Assembly: GCF_018350175.1 (NCBI RefSeq)
Contig: NC_058369.1
Coordinates: forward strand, 15,688,001 to 15,752,000
Reading direction: 5' to 3'
DNA length: 64,000 nucleotides
Origin: Felis catus
Taxonomy: Eukaryota
How positions within the stretch are numbered: the first letter of the stretch is position 1; each line of letters starts with the position of its first letter. Made by a program: the position numbers and the translations under genes. The notes under the pieces were generated by a model. It made no database searches. It was not told the DNA's origin and saw nothing but the letters and a program-made list of their open reading frames with translations. This document shows, in pieces, positions 35,514-46,649 of this stretch.

Positions 35514-37919
35514 ATCTCCAAAATACTTTAAAGCCATCTTGGCTGCCTGGTCTTCCTCTCTCCTCTGGTCAAACTTATTTCCCAGGCTTGTCCCAGTTAG
35601 CCCAGTGGGATTTCCAAGGGGGGGCTATTCGAGCAGCCCACGAATCACCCTGGCTTTGCTACTTGCTCTAGAGGAAGCATCTGATTTTCTAGGTGTGCTA
35701 TGAATTACTGTGGTTTCAGTCCCAAGACCATGGCTTCCAAAGGCGGCACCAAAGCCTGGACTCTGCCACCTCATCTTCCCCCTCCCTGTCCATGTCTCAA
35801 GTGTGCGTCAGCGAGAAATGAAGGGAGCAGAACATGGGCAGTGACACAAAGACCTTGCTAACCTACCCTGTGTGCAGGAGGCTGGAGGTAAACAAGCATT
35901 GGTCTGGGACCAGCCCAACGACGTGGGCCCCAGTGCAAGAAACACCACTTACGGTAGGGGGGAGGGTGATGTCCCCAAGGCCACCCCAAGGCTCTGTATG
36001 GACAGAGCCATCGCTCGGCCACCATTTCCAGGAGACCCAGGCGGCTTTGAAGGAACCCAGGAGATAAGCAACAAGTATGGGCCAAACCTAAATAACATTG
36101 CAGTTAGGTGGAAAGAACGCGACCTAGTTTGGCTTTGTCATTCAGCGCGCTTCTGATACTGTGCTTCTGATATGTGTCACGGGGGCCCTGGTGGAGCTGA
36201 GGAAGTGGGGAGAGATGGAGGGAGAAAGGGGTGAGCCATGATGCGCTTGCTGGCTCTACGCTGGCTCAGCTTTACCTAAGAGACACTGTAATGGAGATTT
36301 AGTGAGAGTTGAGACATAATGTACATTTGGCCAATGCCCATGAGTTGGAAAAAAATGCCGGGGACTATACTTTTCCCCTCTCTGATTTTTAAGGAGGGGG
36401 ATGTGGGACACCATGAGAATGTCAAACCCTGGGTCGCACTCGGACGCATGGTGGTCATGCTTGGTTCCAAGGGTTTCTTTTAGGACATGATTGTCACTAT
36501 TGCATCATCCCAGACCTAACAGCTCCAAAGGAGGATTAAAGACAGGCTGCAATTGAATCATGTGGCAAAGACTGAAAGTATGTTTTGTGGCAAACTGTTT
36601 TCATTTTTAAATGATTGCATAAATAGGACCATTTTACATTCACACTAATCTAGGTGTTGGCAGCAGATTTAAGCCACTCAACATTTCGAGAGAATACGCG
36701 GTGTGAGTACCTTTTGAAATAAAGATAAGAGGGTTATCATATATGATTACGTTTGACTAGATAGAACTTTATAAAGGAGAACAACCAAGAAACTGAACGA
36801 AATGTGATGTGTTTTCATTGCCAAAAGAGAGATTGTCTTTTTTACCAAAAATTTTTTTTAGAAAACTAATTTTAAGTCCATACATCACAACGTGTACATC
36901 CAAGGGGGGTTGTTGTTTTGATGTAGTCGACTTGGATGACTGGAGATTTGGTGTCTTGGGCTGTCTTTCAGGCCTGCAGAATGCTAAGTCACTCAGCAAA
37001 CATTTGTGTCTATACTAGGAGCCAGACCCTCTCTACTCACCCAACAGGGTTACAATATGCTTTCCCTCAAGATGCTTACACTCTACAATGTGGAAAAGCC
37101 AAGCGCCATGTGGCCTCCAACACGGAAGATAGTATGGAAGGCTCTATCAGGTGATATCCCTTGGCTGACAAACATGAGGTGTCCTTGTATGGCTTAAAGA
37201 CTGGTGTGTAGATAGTTCCCAGGACAAGTTGCATATGGCGACCTCGTTAGGTTGCCCAAGAGCAAGGATGTTATGTCCTTAGGGTAGTAATGCAGTCCTG
37301 TTGTCTACGGGCAGCCTGAGAGGAGCCAGTGGTCAAGGGTGGGCGGGCTGAGCAGGACTGGACACAGTGCTTTCCCACGGTCTGGTGAGTGGCCTGGGTT
37401 GATGCCTGTTGGCTTTTGCAAGACAGGTGTGCGGTTATAATGTCTTCCATTTGTCCATAGCAGTTGTTACAAATAGTCCTGCTCAAGGAAGCCACCAGCT
37501 CCAGTGGGCTCCTTCCCTGGATCTGGTCCCCCTTCTCTGGAGGCCATCACCACTGCAGTGTGGTGGTGATGGGTAGTGGCTCCACGATGGGCTTAAATAC
37601 CCAGCAAAGGCTGTCACGAAGCATGAAACCTTTGGACATCGACTTTTGGCTCCAAGAAATGAAAAGCTGTCACACGTGTCCACACGGCCCTTTTGTGTTT
37701 ATAATCTTTGAATGCTGTGCTTGGTTCTCTAATTCTGATTTGGCCTCATAAGTTGGAGCTTCCCATGGGGTCCAGGGCAAAGGAAGGGCAAAAGTATCCC
37801 CCACCTCCCCTGGCTCGGTGCCTGAGGATTTCTGTCCCGCACTGGACTTGACCTCTCTCCATTGGAGCGTCTCCTCCTTCTCCTACACTCTGGTCAAGGG
37901 GCTCCAGCACACTCACCCT

Positions 37920-38102
37920 ATTTATTTATTTAGAGAGGTCACGAGCAACAGAGGGGCAGAGGGAGAGGGAGAGAATCCCAAGCAGACTCCAAGCCCAGCA
38001 CGGAGTCTGATGCAGGGCTTGATCCCATGAACCATGAGAGATCATGACCTGAGCTGAAATCAAGAGTCAGATGCTCAAGTGGCTGAGCCACCCAGGTGCC
38101 CC
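37920..38102 (-). mobile_element. Can-SINE (older type)
   Basis: Antisense head/tail. Confidence 0.8.
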
Positions 38103-38499
38103 AACCTTATGCATGTTAGATGCTCAAGAGAAATCTCTCTTTATTCGAGTTGTTTACTGTGCACGGTCAGTAAGCACCGTGGCTGTAGAGTGCGGTTGCC
38201 ATCACAACCAAGAGGCAACGGTGCTTCTGCCATACCATCCTTTCTCCCCCATCCCGTCAGCCCCTCCTGTTGCAGTTGAGTGAGGTCTGAGCCTGCATCC
38301 TCCCAGGACCGGGACTGTTTCTCTAATCAGGTCTATTTTATGGGTACAGGTGCCCCAAGAGCCAATGTCCCATTCCATGTCTTTCTTTGCTTTTATATCA
38401 TTAAAACCTACAAAAGATATGCAAATGTATCTCTCCAACATTAGACTCTCGATGAGCTCTCTTCCACCCTTAACGTGCTTACTTGTTACACTCGATGTG

Positions 38500-38938
38500 G
38501 CACCAGGGGCAACGTAAGAAGTCCCTCTGGTTGGGTGGAGGTTCCCCATCAACTGAATTTCCCCTCAAGGGCTTGCAGCGAATGTGGTCCACACATAATC
38601 GCCAGCTGGTAGCTCCTCCAGGGTCCGCCTGTGCTCACCTGTGCTGCAGAGAGCAGCTCTGGCCAGAGCCGTGTCACCCCAGGCCACTGCAGCCAGTGCC
38701 TGAGAGGCGGGGGATAGAGGGCGTCAGGCTGCCGGGCGCTCTGATAGGCGCAGCTGCCCCAGAGCTCCCTGCCTGCCTGGCCCGCTGGCGGAGGATCGTC
38801 AGCCTCGCATCGCTGTTGAGCCTCCTTCTGCTCAATCCCGCCTCTTCCCACCTCCTTCCGTGGGTGTTGATCCCTGATCAACATCTTGCACCTTGAACTC
38901 CAGCTCAGTGTCTGCTTCTAGAGAAGTCAGCCCGTAAC
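38500..38938 (+). mobile_element. LTR16-like (ERVL) solo LTR
   Basis: 3' end GGTGTTGATCCC...AACATCTTGCAC...AACTCCAGCTCAGTGTCTGCTTC. Confidence 0.5.
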
Positions 38939-39589
38939 AATCTTTCACCGGGGGCTGCCCATCCTGAGAGCCCATCTAAGACCTGATGGGTGCAGAGCAC
39001 GGGGTGTCCGAGAGCTACAGGCGGTGAGCACCCGTCACAGAACCCATCTCAGAAGGCTGGGGGCTCAGGCTGTGTCTGATCTTAATTGAGTCCTCAGAGA
39101 TCTTGTGCACCAACGGCAGGTCAGGGTCTCGGTGTGCAGGACAGACACGGTCTTCCCCCAGCCCAGGACCTTTCAGCCACTGTCCCCTGCTCCCTCTCTC
39201 CAGGCGCCACCCCAAACACATACAGCTGTGGACCCTCAAACTCTGCCGGAGGGGGGTGTGTGTGTGTGTGCGCGTGTGCCTGTGTGTGTGAACATAGGTG
39301 TAAGAGCACTGTACCCAAGCCCAGGGCAGACACCTGGAACACAGAGCACCTGGTGGTGGCTTGTCCTCCCTCCCCTGACCCCAGCTTTTCTGACTACTTC
39401 CTCCCAAATAGACCTGCCCATCTGCCCCCTGAATACCACTGAGCAGCCTCGGTCAAGACCACATGGAACAGAGGAATCACCCAGCTGAGCCCTGCTCACA
39501 CTCCTGATCCACAGAATCCTGGGATGTAATAAAATCGTTACCATTTTTTTAAGCCATTGAGTTTTGGGGTAATTGATTTTGTAATATTT

Positions 39590-39786
39590 AAAAATTTTGT
39601 AAGTTTATTTATTTATTTTGAGAGAGACAGAGACCACATGAGTGAGGGAAGGGGGCAGAGAGGGAGAGAGAGAGAGAATCCCAAGCAGGCTCCTCGTGCG
39701 GGGCTCAAACTCACCAACCGTGAGATCATGACCTGAGCCGAAGCCAAGAGTTGGACGCTTAACCGACTGGGCCACCCAGGTGCCCC
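39590..39786 (-). mobile_element. Can-SINE
   Basis: Antisense head/tail. Confidence 0.85.
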
Positions 39787-39887
39787 ATGATTTCCTAATA
39801 TTTCTTTGGCATAAAATTCTCTTTGGCTCACTCACAAGTCTGTGGAGAGAAGTGATTTTACAAATGGAGCTGAATGTGCTCCATTCA

Positions 39888-40357
39888 GCTGTGGTCTTGT
39901 TACGGCTGCCACAAAACTTAGTGATCTAAAAGCAGTAATCACTTAATTGCGTTCCCCATTTTGTGGCTCACCGATTTAGAAACGACTGGGCATCTGGGGC
40001 GTGGCATCTGTCATGTGGTTGCAGTCAGACATTGGCTGGGGATGCGGTCACCTGAAAGCTTGACCAAGAACTCTCCATCTTTCCATCTGTATGTGGGCTG
40101 TAAGTGGGGCGCCCACAGATGGCCTCTTCAGCATGGGGGTCATGGTACTTGGTTTCCACGGCCCTTGGTTTTCCCTGGGCAAGGGTCCAAGAGCACCAGG
40201 GGGAAGTTGCCTGTCTTTTTCTGACCTGGCTCTGGCTGTTCCCCACTGGTCAGAACGGTGCCAGGCTGGCCCAGAGTCCTGGGGAGTAGCCACAGGCCCC
40301 CACCTCTTATGGGAAGAGTGCCATATAACTTTGGGGTCATGTGTTAAAACCACCACA
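39888..40357 (-). mobile_element. MLT1-family LTR, antisense
   Basis: CACAAAACTTAGTGATCTAAAAGCA...CCCCACCTCTTATGGGAAGAG...ACCACCACA. Confidence 0.55.
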
Positions 40358-40532
40358 AACTACTCTGTAAGTTGTCTTTCAATGACCCCAGTCACTCAAT
40401 CCCCCAACTGCCTAGCTGACCAGTACCCAGGGACAAAAGAGCCTAGGAGAGGAAGAGGTATATGTAGGCAACTTTCTCAAAAACTGCTGTCACATTTTTG
40501 AGTGATTCTTATGGGAACCGCCACACAAAGAC

Positions 40533-40633
40533 CTTTGTTTTGCAAGTGATCTCTACACCCATTGTGGGGCTCGAACCCACAACCCCAAGATCAAGAGGTG
40601 CACACTCCGCTGACTGAGCCAGCCAGGTGCCCC
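40533..40633 (-). mobile_element. Short Can-SINE
   Basis: Same short type as 1012-1100. Confidence 0.75.
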
Positions 40634-40869
40634 AGCAAGGCCCTTTTCCGATCTTATGTGGTCTCCACAGCATCCTTCTGAAGCAGCTGCTGTCAGGTCT
40701 CCCATTCAACAGGTGGAGAAACTGAGGCACAGAGTGACTCAGTCACTTGCCTCAAGCCATAGCTAGTAGGTAGTGGCACCAGGAATCCAGGCATGTTTTT
40801 CTGATACTAGAATCTGATCTCTGAGATGCTCTGTTGCACTTTCTCCTCCATTGGAGTTCAAGTACATTT

Positions 40870-40894
40870 AAATTTTTGTTAACATTTATTTATT

Positions 40895-40941
<47 letters not shown>

Positions 40942-41103
40942 TCAGCAGAGGAGCAGAGAGAGAGGGAGACACAGAATCTGAAGCAGGCTCCAGGTTCCAA
41001 GCTGTCAGCACAGAGCCCGGTGTGGGTCTCAAACTCACGAACTGTGAGATCATGACCTGAGCCGAAGTCAGACGCTTAACCGACGGAGCCATCCAGGTGC
41101 CCC
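40870..41103 (-). mobile_element. Can-SINE with (GA)n expansion
   Basis: TSD GGAGTTCAAGYACATTTA. Confidence 0.9.
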
Positions 41104-41433
41104 GGAGTTCAAGCACATTTAGTTCCGGTGGTCCATTCACACCGTGGAATCCAGGCATGGCTCTGTTCCCGCACAGGCCCTGAGTCAGGAGGGTGGGGTG
41201 GCCCTAGACGGGCTGGTCCCCGGGCAGGGGAGCAGGAATCCTGCCCAGGCTTCGGCTTTCCTGGCTTCATGTGGTCACGCTTACTGTTGAGTAGGTGACC
41301 CTTTGGGTGAACGTAGAGACGTTAACTTCATTATGACTCGAGCTTGTAGGAACTGGGCATTTGGTTGTTTACTGGGAAATTGAGTGTAGTCATGAGCTGA
41401 TGTGAATTTGTCCTTTTTGGAAATTAGTTTTCA

Positions 41434-41660
41434 GGGGCGCCTGGGTGGCCCAGTCGGTTAAGTGTCCGACTCTCGACGTCGGCCCAGGTCGTGACCTCAG
41501 GTTTGCGAGCACGAGCCCCGAATTGGGCTCTGCGTGGACAGCGTGGAGCCTGCTTGGGATTCCCTCTCTCCTTTTCTCTCTGCCCCTCCCCTGCTCTCTC
41601 TCTCTCGGAATAAATAAACTCCAAAAAAAAAAAATAAAGAAATTTGTTGAAAAAATTTTA
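41434..41660 (+). mobile_element. Can-SINE
   Basis: Sense head/tail. Confidence 0.88.
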
Positions 41661-42059
41661 AAGTTAGACCGGTGTGTAACAAAAATAAGTCTGTGGCATA
41701 GAAGGGTATAATGAGAAAAGCAAAATTGTGCCTCCCCCCAGCACCACCTCCAAAGCCTGGACAGACCCTCCCCGCCCCCTCCCCCCCCCCAGCCCCATTT
41801 CCAGGGGAAGCCACTGTGGAGCGTCTAGCACCCTCATCCAGAAACATGTGTCTTCTGCGGTGTGGGTGTGCACTCCTTCCAGCCACCCCCTCTGACGCGG
41901 TCTTCCTTGCTTTGCTGTCACAGACGATGAGTCCTTGGAGAGTCTCGTGTGTGCCCTCATGTACCTGGACGGGCATGTCTGGAGAAGATGGCAAGCGTTT
42001 TCCCGAAGGAGGAGGGACTAGGGCGAAAGGGAAAGTGCGAGAACGGGAGATGGTGACTC

Positions 42060-42630
42060 GGGTGGTCTCCACCCCTGTTGGCCCCGTGCCCTTTACAGAG
42101 CCACCTGGCAGTGCTCCCGTCCAGAACGGTCTCTCTTCCCACACCTCAAACCCGGGCTGACCTTGACACTGGCTCTGGGCCAACAGAATACGGCCAGAGT
42201 GATGTCGTGCCAAGTTCTGGGAGAGCACACGAGGCTGTGCTTGCCTTCGCTGTCCTGGAGACCTCCCCAGCACTCCGCTGAACGAGCCTGGCTGTCCTGC
42301 TGGGGGTGGGGGACGCCGAGGAGCAGGGCTGTCACCTGGCCAAGGCCATCGTAGACAGGCCAGCCCCGCCTTTGACCAAGCAGCTGACCGCAGGCGTGGG
42401 GGTGAGCCCGGCCGCCACCAGCTGACAGCCAGCCTACCGGCAGACGCGAGAGCGCTCAGGTGACATGTGGCCGGCCAGGGCGGGCGCCTCAGTGACCAGC
42501 ATGCGTCAATTCACGAGAACGCCCACATCCACCTGCGGGTCTGGGGGCTAAATACATGCTTAGGGTTTAAGCCGCTGGTTTTGAGGTTGCTTGTTTTGCA
42601 ATGTTATCGTGACCATAAATAACAAATACG
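42060..42630 (+). mobile_element. MLT1-family solo LTR
   Basis: GGCCAACAGAAT...GTGCCAAGTTCTGGG and terminal TTTAAGCCGCTGGTTTTGAGGTTGCTTGTT. Confidence 0.6.
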
Positions 42631-42979
42631 GCCCTTCCCGTGGAGGACGATACACGGTTTGAAGGTCAAGGGCTGCCATAGCAAATCCTGGTTAATGAAG
42701 GAGTTTGTTTGTTTTGTTTTGTTTTAAATCACTGGAATGTCTACATTCTGGTAAAATGAAAACACTTTAGAGAAAACCATCCCACAGCACCTCGGCATGG
42801 TGCGGTAGTAGAAAACAAGCCCATAAATGGTTCAGACTTAACAGCTCCCCTGGGTCTTGGGCCGACTTATGGCAAGAGCCTGTTAGATTGATTATATTTG
42901 CTACTACTGTATTAATGAACCTGCGAAGCAGGGAGCTGATCTGATCTTCTGCATAAAGACCTGCCGGAAGCCAAAGTTC

Positions 42980-43470
42980 CTTAACCTTTTTTTTTTTTTT
43001 TTTGTCTCATGCTCTCCTCTGGCAATCCCTATAAAGCCTTCTGCCCTCTTCTTAGAATGTTTTACAATGAATAAAATAAAATACATAGGATTCCAAAAAA
43101 AAAAAAAAACTCTGTTGAAATACAATCCTCTAAAAATCAGAACAAATTTACGAACCAGTAACATCTGTGCCTTTTTTTTTTCATTATTAATGCATTAAGT
43201 AAAATCGACCAGCGGGTGTGATGACAACCTTTGTTGTAGAGCAGAGATGAGATTTTGAGAGTCTGTTAAATATGAAAACATCTGTCATTTCCATTGGCGA
43301 CGAAATCACAGCCCTTGCTGACATGTGCTAGTGTGACACGTTGTTTACATTCACGGTGGGGGGAAGATCTACATTTTAGTGCAGAGTCAGGGGAAAGAGG
43401 CCATTTTCCCCCTATCCAAGTTCCGGGACCTTCTGAGTTCTGCGTATGGACCGGGTGAGGAGCCCACATT
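42980..43470. mobile_element. hAT-Charlie-like DNA transposon relic
   Basis: AAAACATCTGTCATTTCCATTGGCGAC...ATCCAAGTTCCGGGACC resembles recalled Charlie4-type sequence. Confidence 0.4.
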
Positions 43471-46400
43471 TGACCCGACCTCCCCCGTCACGTATCCGTC
43501 GGCACTGAACTCCCGTTTCTTCCTGGAACTCTGAAATTTTGGACATGGATGGAGCCACTTTGGATTTGGGGCAGGGGATGGTTCCCCATTGAGGAACGAT
43601 CTGTCAGTGAGCAACATGTCCTTGAAGGCAAACACGAGCCGTGGAAGAAACGGCGGCTGTGAAAACTTTTGCCCGTAGAACGGTTTCCTCCCCTCTGGTT
43701 TGTTTGGAAGTAGCTTCCTCTCCAAGAAGGAAGTTGCTGCCCCTGTGTCCCCGCGCTTGGGCCAATGGGCTGAGGTTGGAGAAGTCCCCGTTCCAAGGTT
43801 CAGGGGTCACTGGCGAAGTGAAATTCGAGGACAGATCCATGAGTTCGTTTCACCCCTTTCCTCAAGCTCTGACCGCAGTGGTGACACGGCAGTGACCCTC
43901 AAGGACCTCAGGGTGGCCCAGTGGGTCACCTGCGCTGATCCACCAGCAGGCTTCTGGGTGGCTCAGCCTGATGAACCAGGGTTGGCATGGCCGTGAGCGT
44001 GTGGTCCTCGTTCTGAGAACACTCAACGGTTCCACGGGGGTCCTTGCTGGTGGAGAAGGGCGGTCCCTGCCAAGACCTCTGGTCCCACACACAGACCCCG
44101 TCCCTTGTGCAAAGGCCTGGCAGCGGGGGGAGGACTCTGGCTGCCATCCCTCCTCAGGGCCTTTCTGTGAGAGCATAGGAAACCCTGAAGCCAAGCCCAG
44201 AGACACAGGAACAAACCCGACTACCTTTCCCGTGGCTCCAGCCACTGCCTTCCGTGTCTTTTTGGCAAACCGTCCAGGTCTTCCTTCCATTTAGATGTTG
44301 CCTCTGCTGGATGTGATGGTTGGCCTTGGCCACACGGACGCTGCCATTTCCTCCGATGAGAAAGGTGAGTTCTGCTAACCCAGACTCCAGCCCGGCCCTC
44401 CCTGAGGCCTCTGGGAGGCCCCTCCCATGTACCTCTCTTTCCTCACCACCTCCCCCCGTCTCCCCTCCCCTCACCCCTTCCTTCCTCCTGGGAAGAAGAC
44501 AGTACCTGTTCCACCGACCTGGCCGACGGGTATCCAGGCCCTTGCGGGAAACTTCCTTCTCTCCTCGTGGCTCAGCCGGAGGCTTCTTCCGCGGCAGAAA
44601 GCGAGGGAGGCCCTCTTGACTTGAAATTGCCTTCCCTTTGGTGATTCTAAGGAGCCACAGGCCCACAAGCCCCACCTGGTCTGGGTCCGAGGCCTTCCTT
44701 TCGGTAAGGACGCTCACGTGCGCCGGGTTTGCTGATGCCTGACTTTGTTCTTTTTTTTTTTTTCTTTTTTAGCAAAGAAGACAGTTCATTCCAGGCTTCA
44801 GATGGGGCTGCCGTGTCTGAGACAACCGCAGTCCATACATGCCCGAAGGTGTGAGGAAACCACACCAGGGCCCCGTCCTCCCGCAGAGCGCCGGGGGGGG
44901 GGGAGGGGGGGGAGGGCAGGGGGGCTGGGGAGGGACGGGGGTACAGGTATCAAACCCCAGAGGCCGGCGATCACACTTGCGCTCGGGTTCACCCTCCTCC
45001 AGAAACCACCTTGTGGGGAACACAGAAGGCTGACCTTTCTGTCAACCCTAACCCACTTTGAACGGCTTTCATGATAGCTGTGCTCTCCGCCTGGCTTCTG
45101 ATGGCTTCGGCTCAACTGCTCTCTCTCAAACAAACAAAAAAAAAGTCCATTTTCTCATCTGGGGTGACAGGTTTCGCCGATCTGTGTGGGTGGCAAACTC
45201 CTCTCGCCAGATTTTTCCCACGCATCTTCAAACCGAAAGGGCAGACCTGCCGAGAGTTTCCTTTTGAGTCCCCCGGGGAACCTGGGCGCCACAGGGCAAC
45301 ATGGCCAGAAGGGACAAGGCAGCAGCAGGTGCCACGGAGCCTGTGGGACCTGAGCTAGGCCGAGATCCCTGGAATGGAATGTGGGCCTTGGAGAATCTGG
45401 GGCAGACTCCGGTCATCTTGGGCTGCTCCGTGGTTTAGGCGCAATGGGGATTTTGATATGGAGGCTCCCGGATCCCAGCCTCAGGGGCAGGGACACAGCT
45501 ACGTGTGCCTCAGCTGGTTCTCAGCCCCCAGGCCCATGTGGTCACCAAGTCTCTGGAGGGATTGGTACCCAAGAACTCCCACTGTATTGTTTTGGGCATT
45601 TGGATAAACCAATCTTCCATTCCTTCAACCTGCTCACGGGACAGTAAGAGGCTTGACTTGAGGGCATCGCTAACACAAGAGGGGGTGGGGGGGGGCAGGA
45701 TAGGGAGACCAGCTCACCTCCATTCTCCCCACACCCCCTCCTGGAGGCTTGTCCTTTGCCCTTCTGTGCCATGGGGGCTACGGGGGCTCCTGTCCCTGGC
45801 CAAGTTGGCCAATGGGATTGGCGATGGCTTCAGAGCTGACCAAGCATGGGGACCGGCTGGTGGCCTCATTGACTCGGTAACTGCTGAGCGCTTCTGTGTC
45901 TGGCATGATGCTCGACGCTGTGGGGCTGAGAGAAAGGAAGGAGATGAAGGAAACACGGTGCCTGCCCTCAAGGGAGAACATGGTTACGGTTACAGAAAAT
46001 AGAACTTATTCCTGCGTAACTGATCAGAGAAGAGGCCACATGAGAATCTGGGCGCCGGGGGAGGGTTGGAGGAGGAAGGGAGAGGGAGGGAAGGGGGGCC
46101 GTGATCCTCAGATGCGGGGTGTGGGGGTGAGTGTGCTCCATCTGACCAGTCCAGGGGTGACGGGGTCCCGCCCCTTCTGGGTCTGTGTCAGGTCTCTGCT
46201 GATTCAGCAGGAGTAGGCGTTAAGTTACGGTGGGAACGTGACTCCTTCCTCCGCCAGCTGCCTTGGCCCTGTGGTTTTGCCCAGCTTTGTACCACAGGCC
46301 AACTGAGCATGGTTTTAGGGCATCCATGACCATCCCCCCTCCCCCACACCGTCCTGGTAGGTCACCATTGTGTTCTCTGCTCATCTGGCGGAGAGCAGCC

Positions 46401-46649
46401 GGGTTGGAAGGGTGCCTTGACTCCAGCAGGCCTGAACGCCGACCTCACGGTAGGCGGGGGTGGGAGTACCCAGATGCCAGGCCACACGGCAAACCTCTCG
46501 GAGCATCTGGTGGCTCGAGCCCTTCTAAAAAGCCGGGGTACAAGCCGATGCTCTATGTCCCAGCAGGGTGACTCCACACCCCCGGTCCGGTCTGGGTAAC
46601 TTCATCACTCGCCTCAGGTCCCAGTGCAAAGAAAGACGACGCTACTCCC

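Noticed and set aside
36480..37760. Possible processed pseudogene or ERV internal sequence downstream of CCR9
   Set aside because: No recognisable protein in any frame and no poly(A)/TSD; left unassigned pending RepeatMasker/BLAST.
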